Shown here piece by piece: positions 37,601 to 49,600 of a stretch of DNA of 64,000 nucleotides. The position numbers and the translations under genes are program-made. The stretch is from Vicugna vicugna (lineage: Eukaryota). Position 1 is the first letter of the stretch. Every line of letters begins with the position of its first letter. Under the pieces are notes generated by a model. It had not been told where the DNA came from, ran no database searches, and saw nothing but the letters and a program-made list of their open reading frames with translations. The stretch is taken from positions 186,001-250,000 of the forward strand of contig MU061804.1 in NCBI GenBank assembly GCA_013265495.1. Reading direction: 5' to 3'.

Positions 37601-40600
37601 ACCCCCCCCCCCCCCCCTCTCCCCCCCCCCCCCCCCACCCGTCCCTGCAGACCCCATCCCTGTGGGCCCCCTGTCCCTGCCCCCCTCCCCCCCGGGCTGC
37701 AGAGGGCTCTCCTGTTGGGGCAGAGCCACCAGGTTGACCAGAAGTAAGAGCCAGCAGAGCGCTCGGCTTTCACCTGAGGATGCATCTCTCTGTGAGCTAA
37801 GAGCTGTGGCTCGTCTCCATTGATGCGAAACAGCGAAGTGAACTTGACCTTGGGAAAACCAAGAGTTTGCTTCCTTCCTCTGTGTCACTAGGCAAGGCTC
37901 CTCTTTCTCCACTTGGTCTTTTCCTCACGGAGTGTGTCTGGGTGTGAGTGCCCTGACAGGATGGCATTGAGGGACCACATTTGCACTGAAATGCAGTTTT
38001 AAGAAGAAGCGTGTGTCACGGAGGCCTCTGAAGTAGCTAGCATAACTTCCAGCTCTAGGTTTTAGGTCAGATGATCTGTATTCCATGGCAGGACAAAGGT
38101 GAACCTTGTTCTGGCTTCTTTAAGGGAGTAACAAGTAATGAGAGATGGCACAGCTGGGGGGTACGTGGCTGCCACGTCGCTCTCTGTGCCCCTGACCTCA
38201 GCTGCCCAGCGTGCTGTCTCCACCTTGTCTTCTGCTCACTTACCTTCGTGTTTGCATTCAGTGCGTGTTGGGGACACTCCGCGCAGGGCTCAGAGGGGTG
38301 GTCCCTGCCTTCCTGGACCTTGCCACCTTCACCTCCGGGCAGCATTTTGCAACCACATAGACCCCAACATCCCTGCAAGGGGCCGGGAGACCATGCTGAC
38401 CAGGGGCGTCAGCCTGGCCTGGAGCTGGGTACACTCTGCGGCCTCAAGCTGATGCTGACCCTCCCTGTGCTCTGTCTCCTGTCCCTGTCCTGATGCCCAG
38501 CACACACGGGATGTGGCGGTGCTGGCCGGGCCTCGGGCTGTGGCGTCGTCCGTCTCTCTTCTGCTGTGGACTTCAGGACGACCTCACCTCACCTCTCCTC
38601 ACTAAGGACGCCTATTCCTGTGTAACTTTTTATTTGTCATCTGTTTTAAATTCAGTGCCCGACCTTCCCTGCGTACGCCGTGCAGCGGTGCAGGCCTGGC
38701 TGGAGGCGGTCTCCGGAGGTAGTCTGGTGATGTTGTTCTCTGCCCACTCACCGTAACCACTCTCTCAGCAGCTCTGCTGATACCTTAACACTGGAGTTCT
38801 GTTCCTGCCGCTAGTGCATGCCGAGGGCGGAGGGTGGGGGCACGCGCACGCCTCACTCAGGCAGCCCCTCCCTGCATGGACCAGACACACATCCCACGCC
38901 CTCCGGGGGAGATCCAGAGGAGAGAAGTGTGTGGACAGGGTGGAGAAAACTCTGTTTTACTGGCAGAGATGAAGTAGAGACCAACACTGAAGGACCATTT
39001 TAAGTCCTAGCCCCGAGATTTAAAGTCTGCAGAAATGAAGCTGGGTGGCAGCTGGGCACGACATGGAGGTGCCACTTACTGCCCTGCAGACCCGCCAGAG
39101 TGCCGAGGGGAGTGCTCGGGAGACTGGTGCAGAACTTGCTGGTGTGAGGGGGAGCGGAGGATTGGATTGGTGGACAGTGTTCAGCTAGAAGTGGGGGCCA
39201 GGCGGGGCTCCAGACCTAGGTACAGGCATCTCTCAGCACTCGGGCCAGGAGGGAGCTCAGAACCCTCCAGTGTCCTTGGTAAACCTTTCTGGGAGGCATT
39301 TCTTAGCAAGGGGGCCGCTGGCATCCAGTAGGATGCGTAACTCCACCCTCTGAACATCGACCGGTCATGAGGACAACCAGAAACACCCTGTGCAGTGTCA
39401 GGCACCACGTGCACGAGGGCAGCGTCACCCTGGTTACTTCTAGGGTGACCAGGATTGGAGCTCGTGGGTCTGCACCCCCAGGCCTCCCGGCCCGTCCTTT
39501 GCCCTCAGGGTCACACGACGAGAGGTGCCCTCACACACAGCCAGAGGAGAGCCTGACCTGAGGCCCTTGGCTCTGTGAACAGAAACTGCTGGTCACTCTC
39601 TCCTGGTTAGTTTGTGTCCCCGGGACGGTTGGGCAAGGCTGAGGTGGCAGGGCCTCTCACCTGGCAGCTGAAACAGACCAAGAGCTAAGTGTGTCGGCAA
39701 CTCCTGGCTTCCACAGTGTGCGGCCGCTCCCAGCCTGCGCTGCGCCTCGGCCTGGACCTGATTAACCCTGGTTCCACCCCTCAGGCTGTGTCTGCTGCTG
39801 CTGCACTAATGCTTCTCACTGTTCGTTTTCTGACGTGTGTGACAGTCGTTCCTTTTAAGGTACCCCTGGGGACCACAGACCCCTAACTCTCTGAGTCTAC
39901 AGCAGACGTTTCTCAGAGTAGGAGAGCCGCAAGGGGGCCGCGGGGCCAGGACTGGGATCAGGCCACTCCAGTGTAGCGCCTTGAACCGCGCCAGGCAGGG
40001 GTCCCGTGTCGTGCTTGCTTCCAGCGCACTTGCCAGCAAAAGTGTAAATTTACCATCATGGATTGATCCGAGCATGCATGCAGGCACAGTGTGTGCCTTC
40101 CGCGGGAGGGGCCCAGGTTCTGTTTGAACCGGATCCTCCTCCCACTGTAGCGGCCTTGTGCAGCAGTGAGCTCGCTGTCCAGCAGAGCTCAGGGTGGAGG
40201 GGCACTGAGACATCTGTCTGTGTCCCAGGAGTCCCGTTCCTGGGTGTTTGACGGGCCAACCTCCTTGAGTGACCAGCAGCAGGGCTGTCTCATAAAGGCT
40301 TGAGTCCGTGGAGATGAGCGAGAGCCCCTCCAGTACTTCCACCGGCAGCAGCGCCGTCAGAGGGGGCGTCTGGGCGTGGCCAGCTCCTCGGGTGGCGCCG
40401 GGTCTCAGAAGGAGGCGCTGACTGCGGGCCTCCCACAGCTGGCGCTGATGCTGACCAACTCCAGAACTCACCTGGCTGCCCCTGGGTCAGGAAAGACATT
40501 CCAGCATCTAGAAGTGCCTGCCTCCAGTGGCCATCGCAGCCGTCCCGTCCCCGGTTGTCCTTGGGCTCTGACCCCAAGGCTGCTTACGGTCCCCGCACAG

Positions 40601-43600
40601 CCCTGGATGCCAGGGCACAGCTTCGCAGGGCTGGGAGATGGCCGTAGCGGGGCTGCTGGGCTTGTGGCCTGGCCTCGCATCCCAGCGGGCCCCTGTGCCG
40701 CCCGGCCTGCTGGGCTTCACCCTCAGCCGTGTGTGCAGGCGGATGGCCAGCCCCTTCTCCTGAACTGAGATGGCGCTGCAGCACAGGCGCTTCACGGCTC
40801 CCCCAGAGCCCTGCTTGCTGCTTCCTGATGCTTCTCCTACTCCGAACCGTTAGTCTGAGTCCCGCGTGCGCAGGGCTCGGGAGCGGGGCGAGAGCGTGTG
40901 TGTGCGTGTGAGTGTCGGGGCTGCCGCCTCCTCAGGAGCAGTGAAGCTGGCTAGTGCCCTGCCTGACTGTGGTGCTGAAGGGCTGCTCTGGAGTCCAGGA
41001 CACAGACTTTACCTACCCTCGTCCCTCTCCCTTGGTGTCTGAATTAGCCCACAGAGGCTGCAGCGCCTGCCCTTTGACCTGGGAGGTGCACACTGTGATG
41101 CCGGGCTGAGCATGGGGCCGCAACCGAGCCACCCTCGGTCCCTCCCTGGAAGGCAGAGTTAGAAACGGCCCCTCCAGATGTGCTCCTGTGCAGGTCTGGG
41201 GACCTGTGTACACGAGGCTGTCAGCGCAGGGCTTGGGCCTGGGCTTGAGAAGCAGCATTTCCCTCCGTGCTGCTTAGGCGGAGGCTCTTCCAGCAGCTGG
41301 AGGAAGAGGAAAGCTGGCGGCCTGGGCTCTGTCCTGCTGTGAGGGAGGGCCCCCCTGCCAGCCCTGCTGCTTTCAGAATGCTCCCGGTTCTGGCACCTCC
41401 CACTTCTCCTCAGGCTCCTCACCTGGAGCCCTGGGGAACCACTGCCGCTTCCCCACCTGCCGGGTGTCCGTCTGTCCCTCTCCCTCTCTTCCTCCTCTTG
41501 AACGTTTCTGCCTTGCAGCTCCTTTTGACGAGGAGGAGCTGGAGGAAGACGCGGACTCAGAACCAGTGGAGAGAGAAGGGGAGGCTGTGGAGAACGGGGA
41601 CACGGGGGACACCGGTGCTGAGCTGGACGATGGTATGAGACCCCAGAGCCTTTCCCCCACCCCCACCCCCAGCCCCCGGGACGGAGCCAAGTGCTCTGAG
41701 CTCAGGAAGGGAAAGAAGGCACAGTAAAGCCAAAGTAAGGTACCCAGAGCTGGTGGCCATTAAGCCTCCTCGTTTGTTCCTTGTTCTGCCACTAACTTGA
41801 ATGCATGTCCTTTCACCCATGCTGGACGTGGCCTGCGTTCATCAGGCTGTGGGGAGAAACCGAGCAGGTTAGGGGCTTTCTACAGGGCCTTTAATCCAGC
41901 AGGTGCCCTCGGAAGGCTAGTGCCCGGAGATAGGCCGTGAGGAGGGCGGGCAGGGACGGGACTGCAGGGGGGAGAACAGGCCAGGCCCATGGTGAGGAGC
42001 CTGGCACTGGCGGTGGAGGCGCCACTGGCATCCTGGGGGCTCCATGTTACAGAGGACGTCGTGCTGTCAGCTGAGTCTCAGAGGCTGGGAGACCAGAGTG
42101 CAGGGCCCGGCCGGGGTGCCGATGCAGGTTGGACCTCAGGCTGCAGCTGATGGCCTGAAGGGCTGTCTCCATGGCGCCGGGAGCCTGAGAAGGAGCGCGA
42201 CTCACTCCAGGTCTGTGCTTGCTTCCCTCTGCCAGATCAGCACTGGTCTGACGATGCCCCGTCCCTGTCAGAGGCCGGCACGGAGCTGCAGGTGCAGCAC
42301 CAGGCGGCGGCGGGAGCCGGGCTGGAGCTGAGGGTGTCGGAAGGCGGGGAGGAGACACCTCCCGCCACAGCAGGGCGCGGAGAGAGAGGTACGTGTGCTG
42401 TGCTGGGGAAGCCTTCCTCCCCTGCCTGGCTGACAGCCCTGCCCCTTTTACCCCAAATCTTTGGACTCAGATTGTACCCCCAGCAGGCGGAGGCGTTTCC
42501 TCTTGCAAATCCTGCATCTGCTTTTTCAGGTCCCTCTCATGTCTCCAGCCCCATCTGGCCCCCTGAGGAGCAAGCGGCCCTGCCATCCCCAGCCCACAGC
42601 CCCGGGGCACAGGTGAGGGTTCGGGGCTCCCTAAGGAGGCAGAGCTGAGGGAACCCCTTGGGGCCCTGGGTGGGAACCCATTTTTTTTTGCTTCTGGTGC
42701 TGAGGGAGCTGTTAGAACAGGAGTGGCCTTGGGCTTCCAGCTCAGTCTGGGCAGCACCTCCTTGAGCCTGCTGTGCACCCATCCCACACCACTGTTCCTC
42801 TCTATGTGTCCACAGATCATGCCACGCTAAAAATAAATTGATTTTTAAGTTAAAGCAGTAACATGCATGGAATCACTGGTCTGGTAAGACATGCATTTCT
42901 CCTTAATGCTATGTCGAAATGAATGTATGATTTTTAAATTAAAAATCCTTACCCAGACGATCAGTGGTTTTTAAACCACACGTTGCAGGACGCCACATAA
43001 ATGCAGTGCGTTCTGTGGGCACGTTTTAGGAGACACCATGTGGAGGACAGAGCAGGGAGGACAGAGCTCCTGCTGGCTTGGTCTTTGGGGCCCTGAGGAG
43101 CAAGGTGGTTTAGGTGATTTCATCTGAGATGAGGCTGGGAAGGGGCAAGAGGGACACTTGTGAGACCGACTGTAATGAACGCTGTTCGGAATCCCTCACG
43201 CTGGAGGGCCCTGTGCTCATGCGCCGGAGATCCTGGAGCTCTTGGGGTTGGTGAGTGTCTAGGGCTGCCCTTCAGTGCCCAAAGGACACAGAGTGCACTT
43301 GGGGTGAACTGAACCTGAAGGCTGAGTGTGCTCGCTGGACGAAGGGTTCCGAAGCTTGGCAAACAGAGCAGAAAGGGGGGCGTCCTGGCGCCTGACCGTA
43401 GCCCCAGGACAGCAGCTCAGGTTGGCGAGAATGACGCTAGGGTCTCTGAGGGCCGACAGATCCCAGCCTTCTCAGCAGCTCCTGTCACCCTGCTTTCCCA
43501 CAGAGCGTCCGAGCCCTGCTGGTCTCTGCTGTTTCTGCTACCACTGGGGTGGGGCTACCCACGGACAGCCCCGTGCCTGAGCCCCCAGCCCCCCAGGGGG

Positions 43601-46600
43601 AGCCCCCAGCCGGACCACCTGTCCAGTTACAGCCGGAAGCCAGGACGCCACCCTCGCCTGCCAGCCCACAGCACCGGTCCCCGCTGGCCTCCCTCCCCAT
43701 CTGCTCTCAGCCCCAGCCCTCCTCCGAGGCCACTGTGCCGTCCCCCACTGTGTCCCCTATACGCTTCCAGCCCGTGCCAGCCAGAACATCCACCCCACTG
43801 GCCCCCCTCCCCGCGAAGAGGCAAGGGGACACCAAGGACACACTGGGCAGCCCCCTCGCTGGGGATGAGGCCCTGAGGCGCAGCGACCTGGTGGCGGAGT
43901 TCTGGATGAAGAGCGCTGAGATCCGCCGCAGCCTGGGGCTCACGCCCGTGTTTCGGGGCCCCACACCCACCCTCCAGCCCGTGTCCCCAAAGGTCTATGC
44001 AGCTGAGAAGTCCCCACAGGGTGAAGGGCTCCATCTCCTGAAGCCCCCACCTATCCCCACCCCTGGGTCCCCACCCGAGAGGGAGCTGACGAGTTCACGG
44101 GAGGAGCACAGAGATCCATCCAGCAGCTCCGGGCTAGGCCTGCAGGGCAGCTCCTCCCACACCAGGACGCCAGGCAGCCAGAGCCTCAACACCTCGGACT
44201 CCACCATGCTCACGCCCCCCTCCAGCCCACCACCCCCACCCCCCGACGAAGAGCCCGCGACCCTTCATAGGAGCAGGAAGCCAGCCCTCGTTGGGGAGCC
44301 CCAAGCCCTGCCACCCCCACCAGTCACCCTCACTCGGCCCCACCGGGAACCCACCCAGCCCCACCGTGAGGAGGCACGGAAGTCATTCGTGGAGAGCGTG
44401 GACGAGATCCCCTTTGCGGACGATGTGGAGGACACGTATGACGACCGGACAGAGGACTCAAGTCTGCAGGAGACATTCTTCACACCCCCCTCCTGCTGGG
44501 CCCTACCCGAGAAGCCACCCCAGCTGCCCCAGGCCAAGGAGAATGGTAGGGGGCCGCCAGTGGAGAGTGGGGCCCAGCTGCAGAAGCGGGGGCTGCCGCT
44601 GGTCTCCGCAGAAGCCAAGGAGCTGGCCACCCAGCGCATGCGGGCCCGGGAGAAGTCTGTGAGGAGCCAGGCCCTGAGGGATGCCATGGCCAGGCAGCTG
44701 AGCCGGATGAAGGAGGACACGGTGGCCACGACCCCCAAGAACCCCCAGACCCCTGCGTCCCTCAGAACTGCCGCTGGCCCCTCTCAGGGCAGGGGACCTG
44801 GCCCCCAGGGCCCTGCGGAGCCCACCCTGAGGCACGAGGCCGTGAGTGAGGAGGTCCTGTCCCCTCCCTCGGACTCAGGGGGCCCAGACGGCTCGGTCAC
44901 CTCGTCTGAGGGCTCTAGCGGGAAGAGCAAGAAGCGGTCGTCACTCTTCTCTCCCCGCAGAAACAAGAAGGAGAAGAAGCCCAAGGGTGAGGGCCAGCCC
45001 CCAGAGAGGCCCAGCCCCAGCCCCCTGGAGGAGGTAGCCACCAAGCCCAGGTCCCTGTGGAAGTCTGTCTTCTCCGGGTACCGGCGGGACAGGAAGAAGA
45101 AGGGGGACGACCGGTCCTGCTCCAGCACCCCTTCCAGTGGGGCCACCGTGGACACCAGCCAGCCCAGGGCGCCTCCTGTCGTGAGAGCAGGTAGGGCGGC
45201 TCCTGGGCCCCTCCCAGACAGAGCCCCTGCAGTTCCTCTTGAAAGACCCACTTCCCATGCCCCCGTGTGCAGCCTGGGCCGGGGCACATCTGTGCGGTTG
45301 GGCTCTGCGCTGCCCGGAAGCGTTAGCGTCCAAGCTCGTGGCTCCCAGCCTGAGGCGGACTTGGACTGGGAAGAGACCACCCCTCCACCCACTCCCCTGG
45401 GGGCACCGGCAGCTGCTGGTCACTATCCTTGTTCTGCCTCTGCTTCCCTAGAGCTGCGGCCGCGGCACCAGCGGAGCTGCTCGGAGGACTCGGACCTCTC
45501 CAGCGATGACGTCCTTGAGAGGGCCTCCCAGAAGTCCAGGCGAGAGGTGTGTGGGCCGCGGGCCTCGACTCTGTGTGCTGCTCAGCCCCTTGTCTGACCC
45601 CAACCCACGCGCAGCTGAGCCCCGGCCCGGCCAGTGTCCAGGCCAGGGCAGGAAAGGTGCTCTCCCCCGTGGCGAGAGCTGTGTGTTCTCCCTGTAAAGC
45701 AGGCAGATGTTCGTGTCCAGAGATTCACTGTGGGCTCTGTCGTTCCTTCCTCTGTCCCGGAAACTCCCTTGCAGGGCAGAGCCTGCCAGTGCCCAGGGGG
45801 CTGGGGTGGGCTGGTCTCTGAGGAGGGGTCCTGTCAGCCTGTCCTCTATATCCATTTGTGGACTTGAGAGGAGGTTCTGCTCCTGAGGCACGGGCCCAGG
45901 AGACCCGTCCTGCTTCTGTGCCGAGTCAGGCATTGTGGGTCTGCCTTGGCCCCTCTCGTGGCCCAGGCTCTGGGGACAGCGTGGCCCCTCAGCTGTCCTG
46001 CACAGTGAGCCGCCTGTGTGCGGGGCACCCCCATCGCTAGTCACTTGGGCGTCTGTTCCGACGTGTGACCTCTAGGGGCTCCCATAGCTTTTTCTGGACA
46101 CAGTGGAGCTGGCGGGGAGGGGTCAGAGGAAGTTCTCACCAGGCACCCATGTCTCAGACACAGCAATGGGGTGGGGGCTGCGGTCCAGGAAGGCTGGTGA
46201 CACACAGCAGGGGGCTGTCTCTATGGTCCAGCCCTGGGGCCCACACCTGCCCTCCAGGCCGAGGTCCCAGCCCAGCTCCTCAGCTCCCTTTCTTGAGTTA
46301 ATTCCCCTGGAACATCAAGCATCTCCCTTAAGGGTTCCCAGGGTTTGTGCTGGAGTCTTCCCTGGGCACTGCCCTCCAGGGCAGCCACGCATCACAGCCC
46401 TGCAGTGCCCGTTCAGGGGGGGCGACTCCTTCAGGCCCAGTCTCCTCTCCAGTAACGTGGGAACTGGACAAAGCCTTTTGTTCCCAGCCTGTTTTTTGTT
46501 TGCTCGCCCCCCTCAGCCACGTAGCGCTCTGCCCACCCACTGTCCTGGGGGTACCCAGGCCTCTCGTCCACCCCACCCGTCTGAGAGTCAGGCGAGCATG

Positions 46601-49600
46601 CAGTTTGGGCTGGACAGGGGCCTCCCCAGGGGCCTGGCAGCATGAGCCCCGAGCTTTGGGCCCAGCCAGTGCACAGGCCGGGGCGGGAAGGGTGCTCCCC
46701 TCCAGGGACTCCCTGCCGTGCTTTCTAGCAGTAATACCGGTACCAACGTGAGAATCACTTCTGGGGACGTGTGGGTCTCCCATCTTGTCCTGGCCTTGGG
46801 GGCGGCCGTGCCTAGGGGGCCCTGGGAGTCATGACAGGGCTGAGTGTGGACGAGGTCCACTGCTGCAGGGCAGGCCCACAGGCGTCATCTTATGCTGGTC
46901 AGATGTGTCCATCTGTGCTGCTCTGGTGGTCAGGGCCCATCTCAGGATCACTCTGACCACAGCCTTCCCGGGCCTCCAGGATGAGGTGCCCTTCCCCTGG
47001 ATCCCACGTGTGTCCTGCACAGCAGAGCCCTCGGCTGGACGCCACGCAGGAGAGCGGGGCTGCGCGTGGGCCGTGGGGTCATGGTGTGGCGCTGGGCGGG
47101 CGAGGGCCGGGTGCTGGGGCAGAGAAACAGTAGAAACAAACGCGGGTCGGGATGTCTGACCGTGATCTCACGGGTCTCCGTGGCGTCACCGGTGCCTGGT
47201 TCCCCTGAGCTGTTAGGATAAAGTGCTTCTGTCCCAGGAAGAGAGACTTTGTTACCAGAGGCAGCGTCCCGCCAGGCAGGTGAAGGTGTCATCCCTCTGC
47301 CCCTGGAGTCAGTGAATCACTGGCCCCTTTTGTTAAATACTTAAGTGCTGGTCTCGGGCTGCTGTTGTCAGTTCCTGTGGAGTTTTTCTTTTGCCTCGGG
47401 AGAAACTGCCTGTCTCCTCTTTTAGCTGCCTTCTGATGACAATGAAACCCTTCTCTCACTCTGGCTTGAGGCAGGATGTGTCCTTGGCCAGCTGAGGCCG
47501 GCTGGGAGGCACAGGATTCTTCTCAGCAGCTGTACCCCTCCGGCCTGGAGAAGCGGCCCCACCCTGCCCTTTAACCTCCCACGAGGCTGCTCTGCTTGAG
47601 GCTCAGTGGGTGAGAAGAGGTGCCACAAAACGCAGTGTTCGCGGTGGGTGTCGGTTATCCGAGCCGTCTGTGTCCAGGCAGGAGGTGCCGCCCCCAGGGA
47701 CACCACCGGGAGAGAGATGCGGAGTTGATTCGCGCTGGCCTTTGTCTCCCGTCGCCTGACCCCCAGCCGGTGCCCTGCGGCATTCGCTAGAGGAAGGAGT
47801 CTGAACTTGCACAAGCAAGATGGGTTGCTGAGGGAGAAATCGTCACTTTACATGCAAGGGAGACTGATGAGCAAGCAGAGGAGATTTGGGGCAAGTGAGG
47901 AAGGAGCTTCTCTCATCAGCAAAGTGACCCCCAGGCCTTGTTCAGATGGGTTCACTGAGGTGCCACTGCTGGGGTCTCACCCCCAGCCCACACTCGGCTG
48001 TCCTGGGTGACACTGAAAAGTAATTGTGTGTCCTGGTGTTAAGTGTTTATTTTAAACTTCTAGCTGATTTTGCCCCGTTCTGTGTTCTGTTCCTAATTTT
48101 TAATCGTTCCCATTGCTGTTCTGTTTTGTTTCCCGTCACATCCCCTTAAAAGTTGGTTTATGTTCCACATGCCCCGGTTCAGGAGACGGTGGGTACCAAA
48201 GGCAGTGTCCCACTCCCCCCACCCCGGCGGGCCCGCCAGCCCCACCCTCACCAACCATGTCATCCAGCCCCGCAGGACAGAGGGTGTGACACCCTGCTCT
48301 CCACAGGCTGGAGTATGTGTGTTGCTTCCACCCAGAGGCCATGGGGAGCAGGGCTGTCCTGGGGACTGGACGCTGCAGGAACTGGGAGTTCACGAGTCCT
48401 GGGCTCCGTGAGCTGCAGAGCAGACACCTGGGACGCTGGAGCCCCGAGTCTGCTGTCCGTGCCGGCAGGATACACTCGGGGTTGAATTTGCAAGTTCCTT
48501 TAAAGTCCATAAATGCTCCTTTTTTTATCTTCCTGGAGGCATCTGCCTCCCAGCGGTCACCCCAGTCATTCACAGTTGCACTGTGTTTGGCCAGATGCCC
48601 CCTCGGTTCTTGATGGCGCACAGCCCTGCCAGACCATGTCCTCCCTCCTCTCAGTGTGCAGGCCCCAGAGTCTGTCCAGGATCACCTCACCCCTTCTTCT
48701 GCCTGCATTAGTTAGTTTGGGTTCACTCTGACTTAACATAGAAGCATCCCTGTTTACTTCCGATGTCACGTCTGAAGAGAACCTTGTAAACAGCGCTCAT
48801 CTGAAGAAAGTGACTTTCAACACCACACATACAGAAGGATCCTTGTTTTTCTTTTTCCTTTCCCTATATGCCTCCTATGAGCAGGAGGCTTGGGGAAACT
48901 GACCAGCGCTTTTACCCCTGCAGTCTTGAATAGAGCAGACCTCCTTCCATGGGAATGAGTGAGCCCAGCGATAAAGATGCTGGTCTTTGTCCTTCTAACT
49001 TGCTGGCAGTCAGTGTGCACTCAGCCTCCTGTCCTTGCACCCTGGGGAGTGTCTCCAGGCAGGTTTCCAGGTGCCCTGTGGTATGTGGGGCTCCCACAGG
49101 GACAAGGGCCTGGGTGTCTGCACACGCCTCGCCCTCGCCTGCCCTCTGGTCCCCACGCCCTGCCAACCAGCGCGCACCTAACTGAGGAAGCCCTTCTCTC
49201 TCCCTCCAGCCAAGAACTTACACGGAGGAGGAGCTGAACGCCAAGCTGACCCGGCGGGTGCAGAAGGCAGCTCGGAGGCAGGCCAAGCAGGAGGAGCTGA
49301 AGCGTCTACACCGCGCCCAAGTGAGTAGGGAAAGCCACCTCCTCCCCCTAGCTGGTCCCCGTGCAGATGAGGGCAGAGCAAAAGCAGGCGGGCTGTCCCT
49401 CACCTGAGCCCCTGCCTTGATGGGACCACAGCAGCCTAGTCTGGGGGTATTTGTTGGCAGAGGGAGGAGCTGAGCTTGAGTTTCCTGGACCCCCAGCTCT
49501 GGGGTGGTCGCTGTGAGGCCAGCCGGTTCACCTGCAAGAGCTGCTGTCCACAGGCAGCAGTGACCGACTGGCCTCTGATGGGGCTGGGATTTAGAGGTCA

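Noticed and set aside
37127-37912. Poly-Pro and poly-Gly ORFs on both strands (36809..37747 +, 37127..37912 -, 37273..37785 -, 37353..37823 +)
   Set aside because: Produced by the minisatellite and poly(C) run; only 37113-37247 is real exon.
43627-45423. Long antisense ORFs over the giant exon
   Set aside because: Shadow ORFs of the GC-rich sense coding exon.
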